DNA of 64,000 nt from a virus (IMGVR_UViG_3300018432_000001:1-64000); one strand, 5' to 3'. Shown: positions 28,895 to 38,751, numbered from the stretch's first letter. Numbers and translations are program-made. The notes: generated from the letters alone by a model not told the origin.

Positions 28895-29077
28895 GATGTT
28901 CCCCTTCCGGTATGCGAAAGCCGCCGGTGCACCTCCGTGCATCGGCGGCAATAACCGACAATAAGGCAGCAAAGCCTCATCATCGGAAAATTGTGGCTTC
29001 TTTCAGATTCGGGTTGCGACTTGCCGTGTTGACATTCGGGAGCATTCCCGCAGCACCGGGCGTCCTTCCCCCTTCCA

Positions 29078-29497
29078 TCACCCAGCGGCCACCGGTTCCA
29101 ACGCCAGACCCATCGGTGTCCGCGTGATCACGTACGATTCGCGGACCCGTGGCCACAGCCACCACACCCTGGCGTTGCCCGACCCCCGGTACTGCGACTC
29201 CAGCACCGTCAACCGCACACCCTCGACCAGCGGCGGCATCGGCCGGTCGAAGCCCAGCTTGACCAGCCACGCCTCCTCGGCCCCCCACGGCAGGCGCATG
29301 CCGACGTTCGACGGTGTGGCCATCTCCGCGATCACGACCTCCTTCGACGTCATCGGCAACCCCGCCAGCAACTGCTGACGCAGGCTGTCCATGCTCGGCC
29401 AGGTCAGCACCTGCCGCAGCTCGACCTCCCCGTCCCCGGCCGCATCGGCCAGGACCGCGAACACCCGCTCTGATCCACGTGCTTTCGGCTTAACCAC
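29078..29497 (-). CDS. hypothetical protein
   Basis: GGAAGGG RBS. Confidence 0.55.
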   Translation of the reverse strand: MVKPKARGSERVFAVLADAAGDGEVELRQVLTWPSMDSLRQQLLAGLPMTSKEVVIAEMATPSNVGMRLPWGAEEAWLVKLGFDRPMPPLVEGVRLTVLESQYRGSGNARVWWLWPRVRESYVITRTPMGLALEPVAAG

Positions 29498-29566
29498 GAA
29501 CGCCCTTCCTGTAATACGATGTGCATGAGTTCACTACTGCGGTCCGGTTCGACGTCACCGGCCGCG

Positions 29567-29845
29567 CTAGCGCGAGCGGTCCTCAAGCCGCTCGCGCTTC
29601 TCCTTGTAGAGGGCGATGAGCGCCCTGGCCACCGCGTCCTCCTTGTCCTCCTCCAGCGGGAACAGGTAGGACGGGCGCTCCTTGCGCCAGTACTCCTTCG
29701 CGAAGGTGGCGAACCACTCGATCGGATCGTCGACGCCGGTCCACAGCTGCCGCACGACCCACGGCTCGGGGCCCGTGGCCATCCGGTCCGCGAGAATCCG
29801 CAGCCTCGGATCGGTCTTGAGCTCCTTGATTTCCTCGGTGTACAC
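29567..29845 (-). CDS. hypothetical protein
   Basis: GAAGGAG RBS. Confidence 0.6.
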   Translation of the reverse strand: MYTEEIKELKTDPRLRILADRMATGPEPWVVRQLWTGVDDPIEWFATFAKEYWRKERPSYLFPLEEDKEDAVARALIALYKEKRERLEDRSR

Positions 29846-29901
29846 GATGTGCTCCTTCCGTAGCGTTCACAGCCGCCCCGAGCGCGTGCTCGGGGCGACG
29901 G

Positions 29902-30183
29902 TCAGCGCTCGGCCAGGGCGTCGAGCTTCGCGATCTCGACGTCAGCCAGGCGCTCACCCTCCTTGCGGATGAGTGCCGCCTCCAACGCGCGGCCCCGGGC
30001 CTGGCGTCGCTCTTCAGCCTTGTCGGCGCGGCGCTCGCGCTCGCGGGTCAGCCCCGCGAACACCATGTAGAGCGCCGCCAGGAACCAGGTCGCCGCCACG
30101 CCCATCAGGACGTAGAGCACGGCCGGGAACAGGACGGCGGCCACAACGATGAGGGCGCCAACCCAGAGCCACATTCGCAGCAT
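29902..30183 (-). CDS. membrane protein
   Basis: two TM helices, GAGGAGG RBS. Confidence 0.65.
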   Translation of the reverse strand: MLRMWLWVGALIVVAAVLFPAVLYVLMGVAATWFLAALYMVFAGLTRERERRADKAEERRQARGRALEAALIRKEGERLADVEIAKLDALAER

Positions 30184-30257
30184 GATTTCTTCACCTCCTC
30201 TTCAACGAACTGCGCCCCCGAGCCGGACGGCTCGGGGGCGCAGCAACACTCGGTGCG

Positions 30258-30488
30258 CTAGGCGTCGCCTTGCGCTTGCGTCATTTTGTACAGGGCGACG
30301 CCCTCCTGCAGCGTCTCCAGCAGCTCGTCGACGTTGCCTTCGAACACCGCGAATTCCACCGGCACAGGATTGCCCTTGCGGTCCAACCCGTGCATCGTCA
30401 GCAGGAGGTCCATCTTCCCGAACGGTCCGGGTATGCCGCCGACCTCAAAGGCCTGCAGCGCCAGTTGCTGCTTGCGTTTGGCCGCCAT
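30258..30488 (-). CDS. hypothetical protein
   Basis: TAATG coupling. Confidence 0.55.
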   Translation of the reverse strand: MAAKRKQQLALQAFEVGGIPGPFGKMDLLLTMHGLDRKGNPVPVEFAVFEGNVDELLETLQEGVALYKMTQAQGDA

Positions 30489-31099
30489 TACTGCCCCTGC
30501 CGTTTCGTCTCGACCGCGATCAGAACACTCGCCACGTCTTCGGGGTCGACGACGCCCTCGCCTTCCAAGTAGACGGTGACCGCCTCGAAGAAGTGGTTAG
30601 CGCGGCGCCCGAGGACCGACTCCTCGTGCGACTGGGGCAGCGACTGTGATGCGAGGGCTTCGGCCTCCACCACCAGCCGCAGCAGCGCGCGCAACCCCGG
30701 CGATGCGGAGGGATAGTCGACGGCGGCCTCGGCCATGGCGGTCAGCGCGATCTGCGCGACCGCGCACACGTGGCGGCGGGCGAGCTTGTCGAGCGTCCCC
30801 GAGGCGTTGACGACCGGCAGGTCGTCCATGTCCCAGGTCTTCAGCTCCTCGCAGACGGACAGCACCCGGCCGATCGGCATGAACGGTGCCAGCGCCTCCT
30901 TGGCGGCGTGGTCACCCACCCACGCTTCGAGCTGCTCTGCGTCGAAGCTGTGCAGGAGGGCGGCGTTGTTCATGACCAGCGCGGCCAGGTCCCACAGCCA
31001 CGCCATGGTCTGCGGGCAGCGGCCGATGGCGTGCGCTTCGCGGTCGGAAACGCACGCGGCCCAGCCGCGCTGCATCAGCTTGCTGCGGTCGGTCACCAT
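30488..31099 (-). CDS. hypothetical protein
   Basis: coupled ORF. Confidence 0.6.
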   Translation of the reverse strand: MVTDRSKLMQRGWAACVSDREAHAIGRCPQTMAWLWDLAALVMNNAALLHSFDAEQLEAWVGDHAAKEALAPFMPIGRVLSVCEELKTWDMDDLPVVNASGTLDKLARRHVCAVAQIALTAMAEAAVDYPSASPGLRALLRLVVEAEALASQSLPQSHEESVLGRRANHFFEAVTVYLEGEGVVDPEDVASVLIAVETKRQGQ

Positions 31100-31518
31100 C
31101 GGTCTTCCGCGTTCTTGAGTCCGGCCGAGGTGAACAGCTGGGCCGCGACCTGGTCAGCCGCGCATGTCAGTCGCAGGCGCGCCAGCTCCAGCAGGTCGCC
31201 GCCAGCTACCGGTTCTTCGCCGAGGCCGTTGTACCCGAAGGGCAGTTTGTAGTTCCAGATCTCGGCGAGGCCGACGACCACGAACACCTTCGGGGGGTGC
31301 AGCCGCTCGACCTCGGAGCGGATCTGCTCCCATTCCCACGCGGCGTAGGAGACGTCTGGGTCCTCTTGCCACGTCTTTTCCTCCTGCTCGTGGCCGTAGC
31401 TGACGGTGTCCATGGCCTCGCTGAAGAACTGCAGCACGTCCTCGTACTCGCCCCACGTGCCGCGCCACTTCACGTTCGCGGTGCGCATCGCCCGCTTGAG
31501 GGCTTCGGTCTTGATCAT
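31093..31518 (-). CDS. hypothetical protein
   Basis: ATGA overlap. Confidence 0.6.
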   Translation of the reverse strand: MIKTEALKRAMRTANVKWRGTWGEYEDVLQFFSEAMDTVSYGHEQEEKTWQEDPDVSYAAWEWEQIRSEVERLHPPKVFVVVGLAEIWNYKLPFGYNGLGEEPVAGGDLLELARLRLTCAADQVAAQLFTSAGLKNAEDRW

Positions 31519-31793
31519 GTGTCGTGCCTTTCTTCCAGATCGGGGTTGACGCAGTCGCATGCGTTGTTCACGCAGCAGCTGCAGCCGCGCGTTTCGGCGG
31601 CGGCCAGTTCGTCGAGGACGGCGCGCATGTCCACGACCGGCAGCGGGTAGGCCGCGCCGTCCGTGGTTTCCATGCCGTCGCCGAACTCACCGGACAGAAT
31701 AGGGCGCTTGTTGACCTCGCACAGCTCGACTAGTTCGGTCAGCCGTTCGCGGGCCGTTGACCCAGCCCGTTCCCAGGGTGGTCGTATCGTCAC
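31515..31793 (-). CDS. hypothetical protein, Cys-rich tail
   Basis: GAAGGA RBS; CSCCVNNACDC. Confidence 0.55.
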   Translation of the reverse strand: MTIRPPWERAGSTARERLTELVELCEVNKRPILSGEFGDGMETTDGAAYPLPVVDMRAVLDELAAAETRGCSCCVNNACDCVNPDLEERHDT

Positions 31794-31860
31794 AGGGTGT
31801 CCTTCCGTGAGTGTTCACCGCAGGTGCCCGACCCGAAGGCCGGGCAGCCACGGAGATCAC

Positions 31861-32481
31861 TCACTCCTCGTTGCGCGGAAGAAGCGTGAACGATCGGTGC
31901 TCGTCGATGTCGGCGACGTACATGGTCTGCGTCGACCGGTTGCGAACCGCGATCTGGTACTTGCCCGCAGGCCAGTCGGTCTGTGACGCGATGTTCCCGA
32001 CCGCGTACATGGCCGCCTCGTACCGCTGCGCGGCGATCTGCTCGGCCTCGCTGTCCCGGCGCGGGATGTCGGCCTCGTCCAGGACGACCTCGAACTGGAC
32101 CCCCCGCACCGGGAGGACCCCGATCGTGAACCCCATGGTGCCGGTGACCGGGGCGGCGTGCGAGCGGATGTCGACGGAGTACCAGTTCTCCTCGGGGCGC
32201 GCCTTCGGCGCTCTGGAGACCCGGTCGGATGTCACGCTCGTGCGGCGGCGCGGCCTGGTGCCCTCCTCGTCCTTGATCTTGACGCCGGTTGCGGTGCGCA
32301 CGACGATCCAGCCCTCGTGCTCGCGCTTCTCGCCCACGGGGGCGGCGGCCATGTCGATGTCGGTGCCGTTGAGGGTGACCCTCGTGCTGGTGGTGGTCGA
32401 CCATTCAGGGCCGACCGTCAGGGGCCCGTTGGCGACCAGGCCTCGGGAGTTGCCGCCGATCGTGTCGTAGATGCGGGTCAT
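31861..32481 (-). CDS. hypothetical protein
   Basis: GGAGG RBS. Confidence 0.6.
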   Translation of the reverse strand: MTRIYDTIGGNSRGLVANGPLTVGPEWSTTTSTRVTLNGTDIDMAAAPVGEKREHEGWIVVRTATGVKIKDEEGTRPRRRTSVTSDRVSRAPKARPEENWYSVDIRSHAAPVTGTMGFTIGVLPVRGVQFEVVLDEADIPRRDSEAEQIAAQRYEAAMYAVGNIASQTDWPAGKYQIAVRNRSTQTMYVADIDEHRSFTLLPRNEE

Positions 32482-32483
32482 TG

Positions 32484-33050
32484 CTAGTCCTCCATTTTGC
32501 TGTCGATCTGAGGGGCGAACACTTCGCGGAGCACGAGGTACCCGGCGTAGCCGAGGAGCACTTCCGCGAGGTCCAGGAGAACGCGGCGCGGTCCTCCTGC
32601 GAGCGTGGGGTCCGTGTCTCCGAGGTACGTTTTCGCGTCCTCGGTCCCCTCGTTCACGCCGATGTCGGCGACGCACACCAGCACGCGGCCGGTGTTGTCC
32701 ATCATCGCGATGAACCGGTCGGTCTCGTCTTGCAGATGCTCGCGGGCCTCGTCGTAGGACATCGCCTCGAACCAGTCGGTGCCGATGTCGTTCGCGGCGA
32801 TTCGGTCGCACAGGTCTCGCAGGAACTGCCAGCCGGGTGAGAGGTGACCGGCGGCGAACCCGAGCGGTCCGGCGTCAGGGTAGGTGCTCCCGGAGATGAC
32901 TGAACTCGCCAGTTCGAAGCAGGCGTCGTTCTCCCAGTCGGCCTCGTTGTCGGGGTCGAGGTCGGTTTCGTACCCGACGACGGGCACGCGCCCGACAGGG
33001 TCCAGCTTGTACTTCTTGCAGGCGGTGCGGATCTGTTCGTCGGTGACCAT
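32484..33050 (-). CDS. acidic hypothetical protein
   Basis: ORF from MVTDEQ. Confidence 0.65.
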   Translation of the reverse strand: MVTDEQIRTACKKYKLDPVGRVPVVGYETDLDPDNEADWENDACFELASSVISGSTYPDAGPLGFAAGHLSPGWQFLRDLCDRIAANDIGTDWFEAMSYDEAREHLQDETDRFIAMMDNTGRVLVCVADIGVNEGTEDAKTYLGDTDPTLAGGPRRVLLDLAEVLLGYAGYLVLREVFAPQIDSKMED

Positions 33051-33073
33051 GATGGCTTCCACTATTGGACCTC

Positions 33074-33223
33074 CTATCCCTTGAGCGCGTTGATGATCTC
33101 GATGGCGCTGATGGTCAGCACGACGACGAGAATGCCGACGGCGAACATGATCCGCCACACCAGCCCGTACTGCCGATCGGCCTTCGCCTCGGCGCGTTCT
33201 TCCCAGCTCTCGCTGTCCTTCAT
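33074..33223 (-). CDS. small membrane protein
   Basis: Not in track; MKDSESWEE...IMFAVGILVVVLTISAI; AAGGAG RBS. Confidence 0.6.
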   Translation of the reverse strand: MKDSESWEERAEAKADRQYGLVWRIMFAVGILVVVLTISAIEIINALKG

Positions 33224-33232
33224 GTCGTCTCC

Positions 33233-33565
33233 TTATCCGTATACGGGCGCCCGGTCCTTGTCGACCGTCACCTTGATGGCGACGCCGTCCCATTTGCAGA
33301 TGAACGAGTGCCAGCCTTTGTTGCCCTCGACGTGGGCGCGCATCGGTGACGTGGCCACGCGGCGCAGCGCCCGGAACGCGGTCTCGGCCGCGAAGCGGCG
33401 CTGCTCAGTGATGAATTCGGTGATGTCGGCGTGCGGGTTGACGCGCGCTTGGAGCGCGTCCGCATCGATGTCGACCACGACCGACACCGATCGCAGCGCC
33501 ACCCCGTCCACGGTCATGACGTCGCCGTCGCGTTTGACGGTGCGGAAGGTGACTTCGTATGCCAT
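33233..33565 (-). CDS. hypothetical protein
   Basis: ORF from MAYEVT. Confidence 0.6.
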   Translation of the reverse strand: MAYEVTFRTVKRDGDVMTVDGVALRSVSVVVDIDADALQARVNPHADITEFITEQRRFAAETAFRALRRVATSPMRAHVEGNKGWHSFICKWDGVAIKVTVDKDRAPVYG

Positions 33566-33581
33566 CCGGTTCTCTCTCTCG

Positions 33582-33953
33582 CTAGTAGACGACCTGGCCC
33601 AGCAGGGCCACCTGCATGACGGTGTCGGCCTCGGAAGGAGTGACGTTGATCTGCTCGATCGGGCGCTCGCAAATGATCTCTTGGCACTTCTGCGCCACTT
33701 CCAAGCGCACCCGAAGCTGGTTCGAACCGCAGGCGAGGATGGCCACCCACAAACGGGCGGCGTCCAGGCGCCTGCGCGCGAACCCGGATTCCTTGTCGCC
33801 GATGTCAACGACCACGTACCAGTCGTCGGGGACCGGGTCGTCGTCCTCGTCGTCGACCAGCTCCCACTGCGGGTAGAAGCCGAGCACGTCGCGGCGGATG
33901 AACAGGCGGTACAAGTCCTGCGCGGTCGCGCTGCCGTATCTCTGCTGGGGCAT
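33582..33953 (-). CDS. hypothetical protein (AD..Q..G paralog family)
   Basis: DAARLWVAILAC...EADTVMQVALLG. Confidence 0.65.
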   Translation of the reverse strand: MPQQRYGSATAQDLYRLFIRRDVLGFYPQWELVDDEDDDPVPDDWYVVVDIGDKESGFARRRLDAARLWVAILACGSNQLRVRLEVAQKCQEIICERPIEQINVTPSEADTVMQVALLGQVVY

Positions 33954-33967
33954 GATGTCTCCTTTGG

Positions 33968-34387
33968 TTACAGTCCGAATCGGACTCTGCTGTACACGAT
34001 GACCTGCAAGATCTGGTCGGCCGTCGCCGAGTCGATGCTCCCGGCGGACTTCCACACGTCCGGGTTGTTCAGCTGGGTCAACTGTCGGGCCGCCTTGCAC
34101 GTCTGGGCGTGGACCCCGGGGACGAGGCCACTAGCGCACCCCAGCAGCGCGGCCCACACCCGGTAGGCGTTGATGACCTGCGTGCCCATCTCAGCTCCCG
34201 TTTCCGGGTGGAACAGCCACAGCCGCATCTGCCACGTCGGGTCGACCGCCGACTGGGTGACGCCGCGCTCGCCACCCCACGTGAGCCACGTGCACCAGTC
34301 GGCGTCGAAGACACCCGATCCGGCGATCGGGTCGTACAAGGCCTGCGGGGGAATCGCCCCCGCAGGCCAGTCGTGGATTGCAATCAT
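33968..34387 (-). CDS. hypothetical protein (same family)
   Basis: NAYRVWAALLGC...TADQILQVIVYS. Confidence 0.65.
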   Translation of the reverse strand: MIAIHDWPAGAIPPQALYDPIAGSGVFDADWCTWLTWGGERGVTQSAVDPTWQMRLWLFHPETGAEMGTQVINAYRVWAALLGCASGLVPGVHAQTCKAARQLTQLNNPDVWKSAGSIDSATADQILQVIVYSRVRFGL

Positions 34388-34761
34388 GCGGGTCCTTTCG
34401 GGAGGTTCCAGGTGATGCAGGGAGGTTCGACTTCGATCACGGCACTGCGCTGGTCGGCGAACCGCAGCGGCCATGAGCGGTACCGGCCCTGGCCTTGGTG
34501 CCAGAAGCCGTGGCAGATCGCCGGAGGTGCGTCGTAGGTGCTGGCTGGGATGGTCTGGTGGCAGGGGATGAAGGTGTTGGCGGCGATGGCGTCGGTCTCC
34601 ATCTGCTCACGCCGTCCCTCGTCGAGGAACATGCGGTTCTCCTTGAAGTAGATGCAGGTTCCGCACTTGCGCTTGTTGACCCGCATCCGGCCGTGCTCGT
34701 CGAGCAGGTCCAGCAGGTACACCTCGTTGGCTTCGCCGCCCTCGGGATCGTCGGTCACCAC
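34384..34761 (-). CDS. Cys/His-motif hypothetical protein
   Basis: CGTC...CHQT...CHGF. Confidence 0.65.
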   Translation of the reverse strand: MVTDDPEGGEANEVYLLDLLDEHGRMRVNKRKCGTCIYFKENRMFLDEGRREQMETDAIAANTFIPCHQTIPASTYDAPPAICHGFWHQGQGRYRSWPLRFADQRSAVIEVEPPCITWNLPKGPA

Positions 34762-34770
34762 GGGTTCTCC

Positions 34771-35301
34771 TCAGTTCAGGTGGAGGGCCAGGTACTCGTC
34801 GCTGTAGCCCATGGAGATGAGCAGGTCGGTAAGCCGTTCGCCGGGCCGGTCGTCGGGGTTCTCGTGGGTGCCCCACTCGTCCGGGGGAATCGCGAAGTAC
34901 TCGCCTTGGAAGGTCTCCAGGTGTTCGGGTGGCATGCGGTAGGCCATCTCACCGAGCCAGTGGAGCATGTGTTTATCGAACAATTTCAGGTCTTCGGACC
35001 TGAGCCCTTGCATCCACTCGATTGCGGCGATGGTGGCTGCCTCAGCGCCGTCGTATCCGATGCGATCGGCCACCTGTGTGGGCACGACCAGGTCCAGGTC
35101 GACGTTGAACAGGTAGTGCACAGTGAACGGCGCGTGGGGCTCGCCCGGCACCCGGTGGTCTTCACGGATGAACAGCGCCCGGCCAGCGGGCAGCCGCCAC
35201 ACCTCGGTAATGCCGCTGCGGGCGATGCCGTGGCGGGGACTGCCGAAGAACGACGGTCGCCGGGCTTTGATGCGAGAGGCCAGCTCGGTCTCGTTGATCA
35301 C
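34771..35301 (-). CDS. hypothetical protein
   Basis: AAGGAG RBS after hairpin. Confidence 0.6.
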   Translation of the reverse strand: MINETELASRIKARRPSFFGSPRHGIARSGITEVWRLPAGRALFIREDHRVPGEPHAPFTVHYLFNVDLDLVVPTQVADRIGYDGAEAATIAAIEWMQGLRSEDLKLFDKHMLHWLGEMAYRMPPEHLETFQGEYFAIPPDEWGTHENPDDRPGERLTDLLISMGYSDEYLALHLN

Positions 35302-35373
35302 GGGAATGTCTCCTTGTCGTAGCGGATTCGGCGAGCGCACCCCGAGCCGGGGCGGGGTGCGTCACCGGGACCG

Positions 35374-35904
35374 CTACGCCTGCGGTCCGGGAATGTCGCG
35401 GGCTTCAAACCACGCGGTCAGGGTCTCGGTGCCCCAGTTGATGGCGACCATCCTGGCGGCGCCACTCAGGTAGGCCTCGGCCACGTAGTCGAGCCTGAGC
35501 ATCTGCGCGCATCGCTGCTTGTACTCCTTCAGGGCCTGCGCATCCGTCTTTCCCCACGGCACCGGGTTCTCGAACGCGCTGGTGAGGCGCATGTAGATCT
35601 CGTCGTCGAACGGGTCGGTCATGACCTCAGGCAGGTGCGAGGCCTCGCACAGCGACAGCACCTTCTTCATCGACCGCGCCTGCAACAGGCACTGGCGGAT
35701 CGAGTTGTCGACCAGGGTGTTCATGCGGTCCTGCCAGAACTCCTCGGTGTCCCACTCGTGGTAGTTGTTGATCGACTCCGTGAGGTGTGTGAGCAGCCAG
35801 AGCCACCAGGACCGTTCGCCCGCGTGGTTCTCGCCCTCAGGCCAGAACCCGTGCGAGGTGATGTGCGCTTCGGCCGCGACGTAATCGAATGCGGGTGAGG
35901 TCAT
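35374..35904 (-). CDS. hypothetical protein
   Basis: GGAG RBS. Confidence 0.65.
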   Translation of the reverse strand: MTSPAFDYVAAEAHITSHGFWPEGENHAGERSWWLWLLTHLTESINNYHEWDTEEFWQDRMNTLVDNSIRQCLLQARSMKKVLSLCEASHLPEVMTDPFDDEIYMRLTSAFENPVPWGKTDAQALKEYKQRCAQMLRLDYVAEAYLSGAARMVAINWGTETLTAWFEARDIPGPQA

Positions 35905-35907
35905 GCG

Positions 35908-36312
35908 TTACTCCGTTTCCTGGTCGTCGGTGCGGGGGTGGGTACCGACCCACTCGACGCCGGAGATGAGTCCGGTGCTGGGCGCGAGCATGAACGAGGG
36001 TGCGTAGCCCTCGGCGATGAAGTTCAGGTACGTCTCCTTCGACAGGCCCGAACCGTGCCACGTGTAGGCCGGGGAGGCCATCCACTCGGCGAGTTCGTCG
36101 GGGGTGGCGAACACCGGGCTGATCGGTGAGCCTTCCGAGACGGTCTCCCAAAGCTGGTAGCCGTCGCCGGGGGTGGGCTCGACCTTGCCGTGCTCGTACC
36201 ACCAGTCGTGGTCCTCGTCGGTGACCAACCCTGGGGGTGGCAGGTAGCCGGGCCACGCCGTGTCGAGGGGGTGGGAGAATTCGAGGTCGACGCGCTTGAT
36301 CTCACGTCCCAT
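35908..36312 (-). CDS. conserved phage hypothetical protein
   Basis: MGREIKRV...YQLWETVSEGSPISPVF..PDELAEW. Confidence 0.7.
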   Translation of the reverse strand: MGREIKRVDLEFSHPLDTAWPGYLPPPGLVTDEDHDWWYEHGKVEPTPGDGYQLWETVSEGSPISPVFATPDELAEWMASPAYTWHGSGLSKETYLNFIAEGYAPSFMLAPSTGLISGVEWVGTHPRTDDQETE

Positions 36313-36568
36313 TGGTTGTCTCCTTGCTGCGGTCGGGGGGCAGGCTGTAAGTGAACTCGGCATCGTCGACCATGACCCGGCCGCCGATCGAGTTGCCGTT
36401 CTCGTCCTTTTGGAGGAAGCTGACGTGCCGGTGCATTGCGTAGCCGTCGGTGCGCATCTCCTGGATCGTCAGCTCGCCACGCAGGGGGAGCTTGTCGGCC
36501 AGGTACGGGTTCGAGGTCGCGGTCAAGGTGACCATGAGCGGCCGGTTCCATCCCGTGTAGTGGCTCAC
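36302..36568 (-). CDS. hypothetical protein
   Basis: GTGA-coupled. Confidence 0.55.
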   Translation of the reverse strand: MSHYTGWNRPLMVTLTATSNPYLADKLPLRGELTIQEMRTDGYAMHRHVSFLQKDENGNSIGGRVMVDDAEFTYSLPPDRSKETTNGT

Positions 36569-37194
36569 TCGTGCATCGCCTTCTCGGCCGCGTCCTTCAG
36601 GTAGTAGCGGCCGAGGTCGTCGGTGTCGACGTGGTCGAAGAAGTGACGCACCAGGCGCGCGACGGGAGCCATCGCCGTGTCCATGCTCCCGATCCACGGG
36701 ACCGGCTTGATGAACAGCTCGGCGATCTCCTTGCCCAGCTCGACCGCGCGCTCGCGCTCGACCAGCCACGTCGCCTTGTACGCGCGGCGCGCCAGCTCCA
36801 TGACCTGTTCGCGCAGATGCCCCGAATTGTCGATCAGGTCGCACAGATCCTGGAGGTAGACGCCGCCGATCGTGGCCGGGGTGCGGTACCAGACGGTGAT
36901 CCAGTCGGGATCGATCTTGTTGGCCGAAATGCGGTAGTGCCGCTCGCCGGTGTCGAACTCGTCGTCGATCTCGACGACGTGGACCGGCGCGATCACGCGG
37001 ACGCAGCCCTCTCCATACCCGGCGGCGTATGCGCCCTGGTCGCGGTTGGAGAAGTAGACCGGGCCGGTGCGCTTGTCGCCCTCCTTCGACTGGAAGCGGC
37101 GGACACGGCCGATCAGTTCGGCCGTGGCGGCGTCGGTGCGGTGGAACAGTTCGATCCACCCCTCGGGGATATTCTGCTCATCTTCGTGGCTCAT
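36565..37194 (-). CDS. ADP-ribosyltransferase-like domain fused to helical domain
   Basis: LFHRT...F...VYFSN...YAAGYG...DDEF..GERHY resembles an H-Y-E ART fold. Confidence 0.5.
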   Translation of the reverse strand: MSHEDEQNIPEGWIELFHRTDAATAELIGRVRRFQSKEGDKRTGPVYFSNRDQGAYAAGYGEGCVRVIAPVHVVEIDDEFDTGERHYRISANKIDPDWITVWYRTPATIGGVYLQDLCDLIDNSGHLREQVMELARRAYKATWLVERERAVELGKEIAELFIKPVPWIGSMDTAMAPVARLVRHFFDHVDTDDLGRYYLKDAAEKAMHE

Positions 37195-37207
37195 GGAGCC
37201 CTCCTTG

Positions 37208-37489
37208 TCACGGTCGGTAGTTCTCGGTCAGGGCGCGGGCCTCGTCGGGGTGCGTCCGGCACCACGCCAGGACGACCGCGACGTTCGCGGTCGCCTTGAG
37301 CAGCGACAGGCACACGGTCTTTGCGCCGGGGACGCCGTCGATCCAGGACTGGAACTCCCACCGCCCGGACGTCTTGGTGGGGTGCTCGGAGTAGAGGAAC
37401 ACGTCCTCCACCCCCACTCCGGCGAGCTGCGCGATCTCGGCCAGCGACGTGGCGTTGGCCTCCTGGAACGACGGTGCGGTACTTGGCAT
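37208..37489 (-). CDS. hypothetical protein
   Basis: AAGGA RBS. Confidence 0.55.
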   Translation of the reverse strand: MPSTAPSFQEANATSLAEIAQLAGVGVEDVFLYSEHPTKTSGRWEFQSWIDGVPGAKTVCLSLLKATANVAVVLAWCRTHPDEARALTENYRP

Positions 37490-37498
37490 GAGCGGTCC

Positions 37499-37843
37499 TT
37501 ACTCTTCGAGTTTTCGCAGGTAGTAGTAGCCGAGGTCGCCTCGGTTGACGTGGTGCAGCAGCTGGTCCAGCAGGCGCCCGAGCGCGTCGTCGGACTGGCC
37601 GGGCGAGAGCATCCCCGTGAAGGTGTGCACCACCTTTTCGCCGACGTCCCGGGCCCGGTCGATCTCGCTGGAGTAGGTCGCCCAGCGCGCTTTCCGGGCG
37701 GCGTCCAACGCGAACCCCAGCAGGCGCTTGTCGTTGTTGACCACAATGGTCACGTCCTGCATGCACGCGGCGTCGATCGCGTCGCTCACCTGCGCCTCGG
37801 TGTAGAACCCCACTGGTGGTGCTCCTCCGTCATGGATCGTCAC
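37499..37843 (-). CDS. helical protein paralogous to C-terminus of 36565-37194
   Basis: AR.A..AT...E..RA...G...HV...DLG.YYL. Confidence 0.6.
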   Translation of the reverse strand: MTIHDGGAPPVGFYTEAQVSDAIDAACMQDVTIVVNNDKRLLGFALDAARKARWATYSSEIDRARDVGEKVVHTFTGMLSPGQSDDALGRLLDQLLHHVNRGDLGYYYLRKLEE

Positions 37844-38283
37844 TTGCCGTACTCCTTCTTCCAGGCGTCGGCCAGCATGACGCCGATCGCGTGGGCCAGG
37901 TGCGCCCCGGCTTCGTCCAGGTGCGCGTACATCACCCGGTGCAGGTCGGTGGGGTCCTCGACGTCGACCTCGTAGTGGGGTTCCCACAGGGAGATCTCGG
38001 TGGCGATGCGGAACCCGTCGCCGGTGAACGGCAACCAGTTCTCGGCCACACCGAGGACGCTTCGCGCCCACTCCCATCCGTCGTTCTCGGCCCAGCCGTC
38101 GGGCTCCCAGGATTCGACGGCTTTCGCGCACACCCGGTCGGCCCACTCCCAGCCCTTGGACACCTCGGCGGCACCGGAGAACCCGGTGTGCTTCCTGACC
38201 TTGAGCCGGGCCTGCTCCGACGCGGCGCGCAGCATCGACGCGCTGACGGGGAAACTGATCCGCAGCGCTTCCAGATCGTCCAT
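37840..38283 (-). CDS. hypothetical protein
   Basis: GGAGG RBS. Confidence 0.6.
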   Translation of the reverse strand: MDDLEALRISFPVSASMLRAASEQARLKVRKHTGFSGAAEVSKGWEWADRVCAKAVESWEPDGWAENDGWEWARSVLGVAENWLPFTGDGFRIATEISLWEPHYEVDVEDPTDLHRVMYAHLDEAGAHLAHAIGVMLADAWKKEYGK

Positions 38284-38751
38284 CTACTGCTCCTCCTGGT
38301 ACGGGTTGGACTTCTCGATCAACTGGCCGGGAGCGTACTCGGTGATCCGCTCGCTCTCCTCGCCCTCGTTCAGGTGCACGAGCACCCACTCGCGGCCCTT
38401 CCCGGTGCGGCCGGAGTCGAGCACGACACCGTACTCAGCCCCGTGCCACCACGTGTCGCTCTCACCGTGCGGGATGGCGACCGCGTCGTCCTCGCCCCAC
38501 CAGTCGAACTCAGAGTTGGTGAAGGCGCGCCGCATCTTCGGGCCCACCCAGAACCGGGCCTTACCGATCGCAACCGCATTCTCGCGTGAGGCTTCGACGT
38601 TGTCGCACATGTCGCAGATGGGCACCGGTTCACCGGCCCAACCCGGGGCCGGTTCGACCGCGCCCATCTCCTCGTCGGCCTGGTCGACCGGGGCGGCGCC
38701 GCAGACGGCGCACTGCTGGTTCTGGTGCAGGTGCTTCAGCTTGAGATCCAT
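38284..38751 (-). CDS. Zn-finger hypothetical protein
   Basis: CAVC...CDMC. Confidence 0.6.
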   Translation of the reverse strand: MDLKLKHLHQNQQCAVCGAAPVDQADEEMGAVEPAPGWAGEPVPICDMCDNVEASRENAVAIGKARFWVGPKMRRAFTNSEFDWWGEDDAVAIPHGESDTWWHGAEYGVVLDSGRTGKGREWVLVHLNEGEESERITEYAPGQLIEKSNPYQEEQ

